DNA of 32,000 nucleotides from Methanothermobacter thermautotrophicus str. Delta H (GTDB taxonomy: Archaea; Methanobacteriota; Methanobacteria; Methanobacteriales; Methanothermobacteraceae): NCBI RefSeq assembly GCF_000008645.1, contig NC_000916.1, positions 1-32,000 on the forward strand, in the 5' to 3' direction. Under the pieces are notes generated by a model. The model searched no databases. It saw only the letters and a list, made by a program, of their open reading frames with translations, and was not told the origin of the DNA. The translations under genes and the position numbers were made by a program. Below, piece by piece: positions 1 to 10,156 of the stretch (its first letter is position 1; every line of letters begins with the position of its first letter).

Positions 1-139
1 CCTCACCAGCGGAAAGTTTAAATATGGATACCATACAATTTTTAGTACCTATTGCAATCTGCGGTGGATCCGCTCACATTGTATGCTCTGATACGATGTG
101 GTCTGTGGTTTTACTTGCCCAGTCTGCATTGTGGAAATA

Positions 140-147
140 TTTATAAA
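140..147 (+). promoter_or_regulatory. Candidate TATA box (TTTATAAA) for the first gene
   Basis: GGAAATATTTATAAATAAA lies about 30 bp upstream of the ATG at 171; archaeal TATA-like sequence. Confidence 0.55.
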
Positions 148-170
148 TAAATCCGGACAGATATTAATAG

Positions 171-977
171 ATGAATAGAGTAGATTTGTCCATATTTATC
201 CCGGATTCACTGACGGCTGAGACAGGGGATCTCAAAATAAAGACCTACAAGGTGGTTCTCATCGCACGGGCCGCTTCGATATTCGGGGTTAAGCGTATAG
301 TGATCTATCACGATGATGCAGATGGAGAGGCAAGGTTTATTAGGGATATCCTGACTTATATGGATACACCTCAATACCTTCGCAGGAAGGTTTTCCCGAT
401 AATGAGGGAGTTGAAACATGTGGGGATACTCCCACCTCTGAGAACTCCCCATCACCCAACCGGAAAACCCGTTACTGGTGAATACAGGCAGGGACTGACA
501 GTTAAAAGGGTAAAGAAAGGAACTCTTGTGGATATTGGCGCAGATAAACTTGCACTGTGCAGGGAAAAACTGACAGTAAATAGGATAATGAGTTTCAGGG
601 TTGTCAGGTTGGGTAAGGAAATACTGATAGAGCCCGATGAACCAGAAGATAGATACTGGGGATACGAGGTACTGGATACCCGGAGAAACCTCGCAGAGAG
701 CCTTAAAACAGTAGGTGCCGATGTTGTCGTGGCAACATCCAGGAATGCTTCGCCCATTACTTCTATTCTGGATGAAGTAAAAACGAGGATGAGGGGGGCC
801 CGCGAGGCGGCCATCCTCTTTGGCGGTCCTTACAAGGGATTACCAGAGATCGACGCGGATATATGGGTTAACACCCTTCCAGGTCAGTGTACTGAAACTG
901 TAAGGACTGAAGAGGCTGTTTTAGCTACTCTTTCAGTATTTAACATGCTAACTCAGATTGATGAAAAAGATGAATGA
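171..977 (+). CDS. SPOUT-superfamily RNA methyltransferase-like protein (DUF171), uL3-linked
   Basis: 268 aa ORF, immediately upstream of uL3; sequence resembles the archaeal DUF171/SPOUT family (FIPDSLTAETGDLKIKTYKV..., C-terminal VWVNTLPGQCTETVRTEEAV-type knot region). Confidence 0.85.
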   Translation: MNRVDLSIFIPDSLTAETGDLKIKTYKVVLIARAASIFGVKRIVIYHDDADGEARFIRDILTYMDTPQYLRRKVFPIMRELKHVGILPPLRTPHHPTGKPVTGEYRQGLTVKRVKKGTLVDIGADKLALCREKLTVNRIMSFRVVRLGKEILIEPDEPEDRYWGYEVLDTRRNLAESLKTVGADVVVATSRNASPITSILDEVKTRMRGAREAAILFGGPYKGLPEIDADIWVNTLPGQCTETVRTEEAVLATLSVFNMLTQIDEKDE

Positions 978-996
978 TGTAAGGAGGTAAAGTTAA

Positions 997-2010
997 ATGG
1001 CTAGACATCATCAACCAAGAAAAGGATCAGTTGCATTCAGTCCAAGGAAAAGGGCGGCAAGGGAAACCCCGAGGGTCAAGTCCTGGCCCCAGGTGGATGA
1101 GCCCGGACTCCTCGCCCTCGCAGGTTACAAGGCAGGGATGACACATGTCATGATGGTTGATAACCAGAAAAATTCCCCCACAGAGGGGATGGAGGTCTCA
1201 ACTCCCGTCACAATCCTTGAGGTTCCACCCCTGACAGTGATGGCTGTGAGGACCTACGAAAAGACCAGCAGGGGTCTCAAGACCCTAGGTGAGGTCCTCG
1301 CAACAGAGACAAAGGATGACCTCAGGAGGAAACTCACCCCACCTGCAGATGACTACGACCAGGAAGCAGCCATTGAGAAGATAAGATCAAACATGGAGTA
1401 CGTTGCAGATGTGAGGGTCATAGTCCACACAAACCCACGACTTGCAAGTGTTCCCAAAAAGAAACCCGAGGTATTCGAGTGCGGACTGGGCGGCAAGACC
1501 CCCGAGGAGAAATTTGAATATGCACTTGAGATCCTTGGAAAGGATGTCAGGGCGTCAGAGATATTCTCTGAGGGCGCCTTTGTTGATGCGATAGCCGTGA
1601 CCAAGGGTAAGGGATTCCAGGGTCCTGTCAAGAGATGGGGTATAAGGATACAGTACGGTAAGGCTGCAAGGAGCAGTAAGGGAAGACACATAGGTTCACT
1701 GGGTCCATGGACACCATCAAGGACCATGTGGACCGTCCCACAGGCAGGTCAGATGGGCTACCACAGGAGGACCGAGTACAACAAACAGATACTCAAGATT
1801 GGTGACGCCAGCGAGGCTGACCTTGTAAACCCTGATGGTGGCTTTGTAAGATACGGGTTAGTCAGGAACGATTACGTCATGATTAAGGGGTCAGTTCCAG
1901 GCCCAACAAAGAGGCTAGTGGTTCTCAGGAAGGCCATAAGGGCTGCAGGTAAACAGGAAGAAGCACCCCAGATAAACTACATCAGCACAGCATCAAAACA
2001 AGGAGTATAA
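997..2010 (+). CDS. rpl3: Ribosomal protein uL3
   Basis: 337 aa; MARHHQPRKGSVAFSPRKRA... and GHRRTEYNKQILKI; AAGGAGGT Shine-Dalgarno just upstream. Confidence 0.98.
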   Translation: MARHHQPRKGSVAFSPRKRAARETPRVKSWPQVDEPGLLALAGYKAGMTHVMMVDNQKNSPTEGMEVSTPVTILEVPPLTVMAVRTYEKTSRGLKTLGEVLATETKDDLRRKLTPPADDYDQEAAIEKIRSNMEYVADVRVIVHTNPRLASVPKKKPEVFECGLGGKTPEEKFEYALEILGKDVRASEIFSEGAFVDAIAVTKGKGFQGPVKRWGIRIQYGKAARSSKGRHIGSLGPWTPSRTMWTVPQAGQMGYHRRTEYNKQILKIGDASEADLVNPDGGFVRYGLVRNDYVMIKGSVPGPTKRLVVLRKAIRAAGKQEEAPQINYISTASKQGV

Positions 2011-2022
2011 GAGTGGTTCAAA

Positions 2023-2787
2023 ATGAAGATTAAGGTTTATTCCCTAGAAGGTGAAGCCATAGATGAGATGGAACTTCCTGAAATTTTCAACGAAGAATTC
2101 AGACCCGACGTCATAAAGAGGGCTGTCCTGTCCGCACAGACAGCAAGGGTACAGCCATGGGGTCCAGATCCAATGGCAGGTAAGAGGACCTCTGCACAGT
2201 CCTATGGTGCCGGACGCGGCGTTGCAATGGTTCCACGTATAAAGAATGGTTCAAGGGCCGCCTTTGTTCCACAGGCAGTGGGCGGTAGAAGGGCTCACCC
2301 CCCAAGGCCCCAGAAGAACTACCATGAAAGGATAAACAGGAAGGAGAGGCGACTTGCAATAAGGTCCGCAGTTGCAGCGACAGCCAGGAAGGACCTTGTG
2401 GAGGCAAGGGGTCACAGGATAGAGAACGTACCCCAGCTGCCACTGGTGGTCGACGACGAACTCTCCATGATTAAAAGGACCGCCGATACAAGGGAAGTCT
2501 TCAGGAAACTTGGAATCATGGACGACATTGTAAGGGCAAGGGAAGGCAAAAAGATACGAGCAGGAAAGGGAAAGATGAGGGGTAGAAAGTACAGGACACC
2601 CAGGGGTCCCCTCATAGTCGTTGGAGACGATAAGGGGATAACAAGGGGTGCGAGGAACCACCCGGGCGTTGACGTGGTAAGGGTGGAAAACCTCAACGCA
2701 GAGCTACTGGCCCCTGGAACACATCCTGGAAGACTGACCGTCTTTACAAGATCAGCAATAGAAAAACTTGATGAACTATTCCAGTAA
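2023..2787 (+). CDS. rpl4: Ribosomal protein uL4
   Basis: 254 aa ORF with [42 protein letters not shown]. Confidence 0.98.
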   Translation: MKIKVYSLEGEAIDEMELPEIFNEEFRPDVIKRAVLSAQTARVQPWGPDPMAGKRTSAQSYGAGRGVAMVPRIKNGSRAAFVPQAVGGRRAHPPRPQKNYHERINRKERRLAIRSAVAATARKDLVEARGHRIENVPQLPLVVDDELSMIKRTADTREVFRKLGIMDDIVRAREGKKIRAGKGKMRGRKYRTPRGPLIVVGDDKGITRGARNHPGVDVVRVENLNAELLAPGTHPGRLTVFTRSAIEKLDELFQ

Positions 2788-2809
2788 AGAAGGAGTGACG
2801 GTGTATATT

Positions 2810-3070
2810 ATGGATCCATATGCTGTTATTATGAAGCCACATGTCACAGAGAAGAGCATGAACCTTATAGATCAGAACAATGAACTGGCATTTGTGGTTA
2901 TGAGGAAAAGCACAAAGAAGGATGTGAGGAGGGCCTTTGAGGAGCTCTTCGCAGTTAAGGTTGAGAGGGTCAACACACAGGTAACTCCCAGGGGCCAGAA
3001 GATAGCCTACATAAAACTGGCCAAGGAACACAGTGCAGAGGACATAGCGGTTAAACTGGGAGTATTCTAA
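2810..3070 (+). CDS. rpl23: Ribosomal protein uL23
   Basis: MDPYAVIMKPHVTEKSMNLID...; family start is probably ATG 2810 (or GTG 2801), not the track start at 2768, which overlaps uL4. Confidence 0.93.
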   Translation: MDPYAVIMKPHVTEKSMNLIDQNNELAFVVMRKSTKKDVRRAFEELFAVKVERVNTQVTPRGQKIAYIKLAKEHSAEDIAVKLGVF

Positions 3071-3092
3071 AAATAACCAGGAGGATATTCGG

Positions 3093-3818
3093 ATGGGAAA
3101 AAGGTTAATATCACAGAGGAGAGGAAGGGGAACTCCCACCTACAGAAGTGCATCTCACCGTTTCAAGGGCAAAATAAAATACCGCGCCTATGACTCCATT
3201 GAGAGTGAGGGCTCCCTCAAGGGGAAGGTAGTTGATATAATGCACGACCCTGGAAGGACAGCCCCCGTTGCCCGTGTTAAATTTGAAAACGGTGAGGAAC
3301 GCCTGATACTCGCACCTGAAGCTTTAATGCTCAACGAAGAAGTTGAATGCGGAGTGAAGGCAAGGGTTAAACCAGGAAACTCACTTCCACTTAGTGAGAT
3401 TCCAGAGGGGACACCCATATACAACATCGAAAACAGACCAGGGGACGGAGGAAAACTCGTAAGGTCCTCTGGAACATACGCTTCTCTAATCACCCATGAC
3501 GCTGACAAGGCAGTTATTGAACTCCCATCAGGTGAACTGAAGGCACTCAACCCCCAGTGCAGGGCCACCGTTGGCGTTGTTGCTGGAGGAGGTCGAAGGG
3601 AGAAACCATTCCTCAAGGCCGGTAAGAAGTACCATGCCCTCAGGGCAAAGGGTAAGAAGTCCGTCACAGTCAGGGGTGTTGCAATGAACGCAGTTGATCA
3701 CCCGCACGGTGGTGGAAACAGACAGCATCCTGGAAGGCCAACAACCGTCTCAAGGCATGCTCCTCCAGGACGAAAGGTTGGTTCAATAGCTGCCAGAAGA
3801 ACAGGGAAAAGGAGATAA
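3093..3818 (+). CDS. rpl2: Ribosomal protein uL2
   Basis: 241 aa; MGKRLISQRRGRGTPTYRSASHRF and VRGVAMNAVDHPHGGGNRQHPGRPTTVS. Confidence 0.99.
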   Translation: MGKRLISQRRGRGTPTYRSASHRFKGKIKYRAYDSIESEGSLKGKVVDIMHDPGRTAPVARVKFENGEERLILAPEALMLNEEVECGVKARVKPGNSLPLSEIPEGTPIYNIENRPGDGGKLVRSSGTYASLITHDADKAVIELPSGELKALNPQCRATVGVVAGGGRREKPFLKAGKKYHALRAKGKKSVTVRGVAMNAVDHPHGGGNRQHPGRPTTVSRHAPPGRKVGSIAARRTGKRR

Positions 3819-3834
3819 ATAAGGAGGTGACCTA

Positions 3835-4245
3835 TTGGCACGTAAAGAGTTTAGGTATCGCGGCTACACCTTGGAAGAACTGCAGGAGATGCCACTTGAC
3901 GATGTAATCAAGTTGTTCCCATCAAGGCAGAGAAGATCCCTCAAAAGGGGATTCCTACCAAGGCAGAAGAAGGTACTCGAAAAGATAAGGAAGATAAAGA
4001 AAGAGGGAAAGACTGAGGGAAGGCCACCGGTCATCAGGACACACTGCAGGGACATGATAGTGCTTCCTGAGATGGTTGGAATGACCTTCGGTATCCACAA
4101 TGGTAAGGAATTTGTGGAGGTCAAGATCCAGCCAGAAATGATCGGCTGCTACTTCGGTGAATTTGCACCCACAAGGAAGAAGGTTGAGCACGGAGATCCC
4201 GGTATGGGAGCTACAAGATTCTCAATGTTCGTGCCTCTTAAATAA
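3835..4245 (+). CDS. rps19: Ribosomal protein uS19
   Basis: 136 aa; TTG start preceded by AAGGAGGTGA; [35 protein letters not shown]. Confidence 0.98.
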   Translation: MARKEFRYRGYTLEELQEMPLDDVIKLFPSRQRRSLKRGFLPRQKKVLEKIRKIKKEGKTEGRPPVIRTHCRDMIVLPEMVGMTFGIHNGKEFVEVKIQPEMIGCYFGEFAPTRKKVEHGDPGMGATRFSMFVPLK

Positions 4246-4257
4246 GGAGACTAGACA

Positions 4258-4719
4258 ATGGCTAAGGTTAAATACGCTTATAAAGAGGAAGACAGGTCAG
4301 GAACAGCCAGGGCATCAGCGACTCACCTCAAGATATCACCAAAGCACGCAGTGGAGATCTGCAGGGAGATCAGGGGAATGGAACTCGAAAAGGCCAAGAA
4401 ATACCTTGAAGAGGTCATCAGGATGGAGAGGCCAGTCGCCTTCAAGAGATACAACAGGAAGGTCGGCCACAGGAGGGGTCTCAATGGCTGGGCCAGCGGT
4501 CGTTACCCTGTGAAGGCAGCAGGTCAGATACTTAAGGTCCTTGAGAACGCAGAGGCCAATGCAGAGTACAAGGGACTCGACACAGAGAAACTCAGGATAA
4601 TCCACATATCCAGTCACCGGGGGCCAGTTATAAGGGGCTGGATTCCAAGGGCCTTTGGAAGGGCCACACCATTCAACACACCAACAACACACGTTCAGAT
4701 AGTTCTGGGGGAGGCATAA
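4258..4719 (+). CDS. rpl22: Ribosomal protein uL22
   Basis: 153 aa; archaeal uL22 sequence ([25 protein letters not shown]-like). Confidence 0.98.
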
Positions 4720-4722
4720 ATT

Positions 4723-5499
4723 TTGATAGAAAAAGATTTTGTCGTTGAAGGTCTCAGAAGGACAAGGATAGACGAATACCTTGAAAAGGAACTTGAAAGG
4801 GCAGGATACGGTGGCATGGATGTCCAGGTCACACCAATGGGTACGATGGTTGTGGTCTACGCTGAGAGGCCGGGTATGGTCATCGGACGTGGCGGTAAGA
4901 CAGTGAGGGCCATAACACAGAAACTCAAAAACAAGTTCGACCTTGAGAACCCCCAGGTTGAGGTCAAGGAGGTTGATGTCCCTGAACTCAACCCCAAGAT
5001 AATGGCCCACAAGATAGCTGCAATGCTCCAGAGGGGTATGCACTTCAGGAGAGTCGCATACACCACAATGAGGAGGATCATGGCTGCAGGTGCCCAGGGT
5101 GTTGAGGTCACCATTTCAGGTAAGATAAGGGGTGCCCGTTCAGCCACAGCAAAGTTCACCGATGGTTATATAAAGAAATGCGGTGAACCATCAGTCAAGC
5201 ATGTAAGGGAAGGATTTGCCACTGTACAGCTCAAACCCGGTGTTCTTGGGGTATACGTACGTATAATGCCTCCTGATGTTGTTCTACCTGACAAAGTTGA
5301 AATAGAGGATCCAAGGGTCACTGAAACTCCTGCAGAGGAAGCCTCAGAGGCCTCAGAGGTTGTTGAAGATCTCGAGGAGGTTGAGGACCTGGAAGAGATC
5401 GAGGACCTTGAGGAGGTTGAGGATCTCGAGGAGGTTGAGGACCTGGAAGACACTGAGGCAGAGAAGAAGGACGCAGATGGTGAAGAATCTGAAAAATAA
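4723..5499 (+). CDS. rps3: Ribosomal protein uS3 with acidic repetitive C-terminal tail
   Basis: 258 aa; TTG start; KH domain VVVYAERPGMVIGRGGKTV; C-terminal (EDLEEV)n tail. Confidence 0.98.
   Translation: MIEKDFVVEGLRRTRIDEYLEKELERAGYGGMDVQVTPMGTMVVVYAERPGMVIGRGGKTVRAITQKLKNKFDLENPQVEVKEVDVPELNPKIMAHKIAAMLQRGMHFRRVAYTTMRRIMAAGAQGVEVTISGKIRGARSATAKFTDGYIKKCGEPSVKHVREGFATVQLKPGVLGVYVRIMPPDVVLPDKVEIEDPRVTETPAEEASEASEVVEDLEEVEDLEEIEDLEEVEDLEEVEDLEDTEAEKKDADGEESEK
5365..5454 (+). repeat. In-frame tandem array of five 18-bp units in the uS3 C-terminal tail
   Basis: GAAGATCTCGAGGAGGTT / GAGGACCTGGAAGAGATC / GAGGACCTTGAGGAGGTT / GAGGATCTCGAGGAGGTT / GAGGACCTGGAAGACACT, encoding EDLEEV EDLEEI EDLEEV EDLEEV EDLEDT. 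Confidence 0.9.
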
Positions 5500-5545
5500 T
5501 ATATATGGACAGATTCATATCAGTGAATAATAGAAAGGGATTGAA

Positions 5546-5740
5546 ATGGCGATACTTAGGAGCGAAGAGATAAGGGAAATGGATGGGGAGGAACTCCAGA
5601 AGAAACTGGATGAACTCAAGGCAGAATACGCCCGATACATTTCCAAGAGCGCTGCTGCCGGGATCCATGAGAACCCCGGTAAGATGAGGGAAATCCGAAG
5701 AACAATAGCCCGTGTTCTCACCATCATGAATGAAAAATAG
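5546..5740 (+). CDS. rpl29: Ribosomal protein uL29
   Basis: 64 aa; MAILRSEEIREMDGEELQKKLDELKAEY...NPGKMREIRRTIARVLTI. Confidence 0.96.
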   Translation: MAILRSEEIREMDGEELQKKLDELKAEYARYISKSAAAGIHENPGKMREIRRTIARVLTIMNEK

Positions 5741-5752
5741 AAGGAGAAATAA

Positions 5753-6058
5753 ATGAAAATCTGCGATGTATGTGGTCTTCCGGAAGAACTTTGCGTCTGT
5801 GAGGAAATAGCACGCGAAGTTCAGACACTAAAGGTCTACACAGTGAGGCGAAGATTCGGTAAAGTGATGACCATCATTGAGGGCATCGATGAACACGATA
5901 TAGACATAAAGGAGCTCACTAAGATACTGAAGGCAAGATGTGCCTGTGGAGGCACAGCCAAGAAAGGCCAGATAGAACTTCAGGGGGATCATAAGAAGAA
6001 GGTCAAGGAAGTTCTGGCAGATATGGGCTTTTCATCAGATACGATTGAGATAAGGTAG
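5753..6058 (+). CDS. Translation initiation factor aIF1 (SUI1 family)
   Basis: 101 aa; [20 protein letters not shown]...[14 protein letters not shown]...[22 protein letters not shown]. Confidence 0.96.
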   Translation: MKICDVCGLPEELCVCEEIAREVQTLKVYTVRRRFGKVMTIIEGIDEHDIDIKELTKILKARCACGGTAKKGQIELQGDHKKKVKEVLADMGFSSDTIEIR

Positions 6059-6066
6059 GGGTTACC

Positions 6067-6348
6067 TTGATAACCCCCAGGAATATTTTCAGGCATGAGC
6101 TTATTGGCCTTTCTGTGAGAATAGCCAGGAGTGTTCACAGGGACATTCAGGGAATATCGGGAAGAGTCGTGGATGAAACCAGGAATACCCTTAGAATCGA
6201 AATGGATGACGGCCGGGAAATAACGGTTCCAAAGGGAATAGCCGTCTTCCATTTCAGAACACCGCAGGGTGAACTTGTTGAGATTGATGGTAGAGCTCTG
6301 GTGGCTCGTCCTGAGGAGAGAATAAAGAAGAAATTTAGAAAACCATAG
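6067..6348 (+). CDS. rnp1: Ribonuclease P protein component 1 (Rpp29/Pop4)
   Basis: 93 aa, TTG start; [37 protein letters not shown]; position between aIF1 and uS17 is conserved. Confidence 0.93.
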
Positions 6349-6358
6349 TGGTGATAGA

Positions 6359-6679
6359 ATGGTCGGCATTGATGTTCCAGAACCTAAATCTAAATGTAGT
6401 GATCCTAACTGTCCTTTCCACGGTGACCTCCCCCTCAGGGGTCAGATACTGGAAGGAACCGTAGTCAGTGACAAGGCAGAAAGGACAGTGACTGTTGAAA
6501 GGAGTTTCTACAAATTTATACGCAAATATGAACGATACGAAAAGAGGAAATCCAAGATAAAGGCCCACAAACCTGACTGCATAGATGTCAGGGTAGGGGA
6601 CACAGTGAAAATTGCTGAATGCAGACCCCTCAGCAAGACCAAGAACTTCGTTGTTGTCGAGGTGAAGGGGGAAGAGTAA
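6359..6679 (+). CDS. rps17: Ribosomal protein uS17
   Basis: 106 aa; [54 protein letters not shown]. Confidence 0.98.
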
Positions 6680-6680
6680 A

Positions 6681-7079
6681 ATGAAGGCAATAGCATCCAA
6701 GGTTACCAGGGCATTACCTGTAGGGGCCAGACTCCAGTGCGTCGACAACACAGGTGCAAGGGAAGTCGAGATAATCTCAGTCAGGGGATACAAGGGTGTT
6801 CGAAGAAGACTTGCAGCAGCAGGTGTTGGCGACATGGTTGTTGTCTCCGTAAAGAAGGGAACAGTTGACATGAGGAGAGAGGTCCTCAACGCCGTTATTG
6901 TAAGGCAGAAAAAGGAATACAGAAGGCCCGATGGATTGAGGGTGAAATTCGAGGATAACGCTGCAGTTATAGTGAGTCCTGAGGGAGTCCTCAAGGGTTC
7001 AGAGATAAGGGGTCCTGTTGCAAAGGAAGCTGCTGACAGGTGGCCCAGTGTGGGAAGCGCAGCAAGCATAATAGTGTAA
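6681..7079 (+). CDS. rpl14: Ribosomal protein uL14
   Basis: 132 aa; [22 protein letters not shown]...VVSVKKGT. Confidence 0.98.
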
Positions 7080-7089
7080 GGGTGATAGA

Positions 7090-7443
7090 ATGTCAAAACA
7101 GCCCAGAAAGCAGAGGAAGTACATTTATGAAGCACCATTACACGCTCGTCGAAAGATGATGAGCGCAAATCTCAGCAGGGAACTCAGGGAAGAGTATGGG
7201 AGAAGGTCCCTGCCCCTAAGGAAGGGAGACAAGGTTGAGATTCTCAGGGGTGACTTCAGGGGACATGAAGGTAAGGTTGAGAAGGTGGACCTCAAGAGGT
7301 ACAGGGTTTACGTTGAGGGGGCCACAATACAGAAAGTTGATGGGACAACAGTCTACTTCCCGCTACACCCATCAAACCTGAGAATAGTTGACCTCAACCT
7401 TGACGATGAGAAAAGAATTAAAATCTTAGAACGGAAGGGATAA
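7090..7443 (+). CDS. rpl24: Ribosomal protein uL24
   Basis: 117 aa; [28 protein letters not shown] (KOW motif). Confidence 0.98.
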   Translation: MSKQPRKQRKYIYEAPLHARRKMMSANLSRELREEYGRRSLPLRKGDKVEILRGDFRGHEGKVEKVDLKRYRVYVEGATIQKVDGTTVYFPLHPSNLRIVDLNLDDEKRIKILERKG

Positions 7444-7445
7444 AA

Positions 7446-8174
7446 ATGGCAATAATGGCATCAAGAAAACATCTTAAACGATTCAAATCACCGGTTCACT
7501 GGCCAATTCATCCCAAGGAATACAAATGGACAGTTAAACCATCTCCAGGTCCCCACGCTATTGAGAACTCACTGCCTCTCATGATCATTGTGAGGGACAT
7601 CCTGAAGGTTGCAGACAATGCAAGGGAAGCCAGGAAGATAATAAACAGTGGAGAGGTCCTGGTGGATGGAAGACCAAGGAAGAACTACAAGTTCCCGGTC
7701 GGATTCATGGACGTTGTCAGCATACCCAGGACAGGAGACGTCTACAGGGTGCTCCCTGATGAAAGGGGAAGGCTGGTTCTCCACCCCATAGATGAGGAAA
7801 ACGCAGGCTTCAAACTCTGCAAGATAGTGAACAAGACAACCATTAAGGGAGGCAGGACCCAGCTCAACCTCCATGACGGCCGTAACTACCTCTCAGATGA
7901 TGAATTCAGGGTGGGAGACGTTGTAAAGCTCTCAATACCCGAACAGGAAATCCTTGAGAGGATACCATTTGAGAAGGACAGCCTCGGCCTTGTGACAGGC
8001 GGACGGCACACCGGTGAAATAGGCAAGATCAAGAAGATAAACATAACAAGGTCTTCAATGCCAAACACAGCCGTCATCGAGACCGGTGCAGGCAAGACAT
8101 TCCTGACACTCAAGGACTACGTTTTCGTCATAGGAAAGGACGAGTCAGTGATCTCACTTCCAGGAGGGAAATAG
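7446..8174 (+). CDS. rps4e: Ribosomal protein eS4
   Basis: 242 aa; [32 protein letters not shown]; start may be ATG 7446 or 7455. Confidence 0.97.
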
Positions 8175-8681
8175 ATGAACCCGATGGAGGAAGTAAGGAT
8201 ATTCAAGGTCACCCTTAACATAGGTGTTGGTGAAGGCGGTGAAAAGCTTGCAAGGGCCGAGAGGCTTCTTGAGGAGATGAGCGGCCAGAAACCAGTGAGG
8301 ACACACTCAAAGGTCACCAACCCTGAATTCGGTATAAGGAAGAAACAGCCCATCGCATGCAAGGTCACCCTCCGCGGTGAAAGGGCCGAGAAGGTACTCA
8401 AAATGTTCCTTGAGGGAATAGGTAACAGGTTAAAGGCCAGCCAGTTTGATGAGTATGGTAACGTTTCGATGGGTATAGATGAACACATAGACATACCTGG
8501 AATGAAATACGACCCTGAGATAGGGATCTTTGGTATGAACCTTTCTGTCACCTTTGAGAAGCCAGGTCACAGGATAAACAGGCGAAGGATACAGCGCAGG
8601 AAGGTTCCTCAGAAGCACAGGGTCAGCCGCGAAGAGGCAATCGAATTCATGAAGGAAAAATTCCAGGTTAAAATAGTCTGA
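8175..8681 (+). CDS. rpl5: Ribosomal protein uL5
   Basis: 168 aa; [38 protein letters not shown]. Confidence 0.98.
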
Positions 8682-8692
8682 AGGTGATTGTA

Positions 8693-8836
8693 TTGCCAAG
8701 GAAATATGGAAAGGCATCAAGGAAATGCTCAAGATGCGGGGATCACTCTGCCCTTGTCAGGAGATACGGGTTAATGCTCTGCAGGCAGTGCTTCAGGGAA
8801 CTCGCACCTAAAATAGGGTTTAAAAAGTACAACTAA
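8693..8836 (+). CDS. rps14: Ribosomal protein uS14, zinc-binding type
   Basis: Hand translation [47 protein letters not shown] (47 aa), TTG start, AGGTGA upstream, CxxC...CxxC motif; absent from the supplied ORF track. An in-frame GTG at 8684 is an alternative start. Confidence 0.95.
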   Translation: MPRKYGKASRKCSRCGDHSALVRRYGLMLCRQCFRELAPKIGFKKYN

Positions 8837-8850
8837 AAGAGGTGTTTACT

Positions 8851-9243
8851 GTGACTCTTATGGATCCTCTTGCAAACGCCCTGACCAACATAAGAAACAA
8901 TGAGATAAGGGGTAATGTCAAGTGCAGGATAACCCCCGCCTCAAAACTTATAGGGCGAGTGTTAAGGACAATGCAGAAGGAAGGCTATATCGGTGAATTC
9001 GAATACGTTGACGACGGCAGGGCCGGGAAATTCATAGTTGAACTTGAGGGAAACATAAACCACTGTGGAGTTATAAAACCCAGGCACGCAGTTAAGAAGG
9101 ACGAATTCGAGAAATTTGAGAAGAGATACTTGCCAGCTAAGAACTTCGGGATAATAATCGTATCAACCCCTGAGGGAATAATGACCCATAAAGAGGCCAA
9201 GGACAGGGGTATTGGTGGTAGACTGCTGGCATATGTCTACTAG
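8851..9243 (+). CDS. rps8: Ribosomal protein uS8
   Basis: 130 aa; [21 protein letters not shown]...[31 protein letters not shown]; GTG 8851 has better SD spacing than track start 8842. Confidence 0.97.
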   Translation: MTLMDPLANALTNIRNNEIRGNVKCRITPASKLIGRVLRTMQKEGYIGEFEYVDDGRAGKFIVELEGNINHCGVIKPRHAVKKDEFEKFEKRYLPAKNFGIIIVSTPEGIMTHKEAKDRGIGGRLLAYVY

Positions 9244-9251
9244 GTGATAAC

Positions 9252-9785
9252 ATGGTTCTAGCAGCTCTAATCCGGGAAGAGATACCCATCCCTGATGGTG
9301 TGGATGTCACCATCGATGGTGGCGTCACCGTTAAGGGCCCCAAGTGGGAACTTTCCCGAAAATTCAACCATTCAGAGATATCGATGGCTGTTGAAGATGA
9401 CAAGGTGGTTCTCGAGGTTAAATTCCCTAAAAAGAAGGATAAGGCCATGATAGGGACCGTCAGGGCCCACATAAGCAACATGATAACAGGTGTTACCGAG
9501 GGCTTCAGATACCGCATGAAGATAGTTTATGCTCACTTTCCAATGAGTGTGAAGGTGGCAGGGGATAAGGTTGTCATTGAGAACTTCCTCGGTGAACGCC
9601 ACCCCAGGACCGCAAGATTCGTTGGTGACACAAAGGTCCAGGTCAAGGGCGATGAGGTTGAGATAACAGGTATCAACAAGGAGCACGTGGGACAGACCAT
9701 GGCCAACATCGAACAGGCCACCAAAATCAAGGGAAGGGACCCAAGGGTTTTCCAGGACGGCATATACCTTGTGAGCAAGGAATAG
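9252..9785 (+). CDS. rpl6: Ribosomal protein uL6
   Basis: 177 aa; archaeal uL6 sequence. Confidence 0.98.
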   Translation: MVLAALIREEIPIPDGVDVTIDGGVTVKGPKWELSRKFNHSEISMAVEDDKVVLEVKFPKKKDKAMIGTVRAHISNMITGVTEGFRYRMKIVYAHFPMSVKVAGDKVVIENFLGERHPRTARFVGDTKVQVKGDEVEITGINKEHVGQTMANIEQATKIKGRDPRVFQDGIYLVSKE

Positions 9786-9798
9786 GGACGGTGATTCG

Positions 9799-10125
9799 AT
9801 GAGGAAAAAATTTAAAAGACAGGAATACGCCCGATACAAGAAATTAGGGGAAAAATGGAGGAGACCAAGGGGCAGAACAAGCAAAATGAGGAGGTATGAA
9901 AAGGGTAAACCCGCTATGCCTGCAATAGGCTACAGGAAACCCAGTGAAGTTAGGGGTCTCCACCCATCAGGATACGAGGATGTCCTGGTTTCCAACATGA
10001 GGGAACTTGAGGCACTGGACCCTGAAAAACAGGCTGCAAGAATAGCTTCAGCTGTGGGGGCCAGGAAAAAAACCCTGATGCTTGAGAAGGCAAGGGAACT
10101 CGGCATCAAGGTTCTCAACCCGTAG
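9799..10125 (+). CDS. rpl32e: Ribosomal protein eL32
   Basis: 108 aa; [54 protein letters not shown]. Confidence 0.97.
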   Translation: MRKKFKRQEYARYKKLGEKWRRPRGRTSKMRRYEKGKPAMPAIGYRKPSEVRGLHPSGYEDVLVSNMRELEALDPEKQAARIASAVGARKKTLMLEKARELGIKVLNP

Positions 10126-10128
10126 GGA

Positions 10129-10156
10129 GGACTGGAAGGGGCATATTTTCCAGTCC
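10129..10156 (+). repeat. Perfect 9-bp inverted repeat/hairpin in the eL32-eL19 gap
   Basis: GGACTGGAA (10129-10137), 10-nt loop, TTCCAGTCC (10148-10156). Confidence 0.85.

Noticed and set aside
4336-5043. 235-aa minus-strand ORF
   Set aside because: Lies antisense to uL22 and uS3, low-complexity and without family resemblance or RBS support; codon bias of the + strand genes leaves long open antisense frames.
5166-5453. Serine/arginine-rich minus-strand ORF (SSRSSTSSRSS...)
   Set aside because: It is the reverse strand of the uS3 acidic tail repeat, not an independent SR-like protein.
5365-5454. Regular short repeats considered as a CRISPR-like array
   Set aside because: Contiguous 18-bp in-frame units with no spacers; protein-coding repeat.
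6335-7168. 277-aa minus-strand ORF
   Set aside because: Antisense to uS17 and uL14, which are unambiguous; no recognisable domain.
9372-9884. 170-aa minus-strand ORF
   Set aside because: Antisense to uL6; composition looks like reverse-complement coding.
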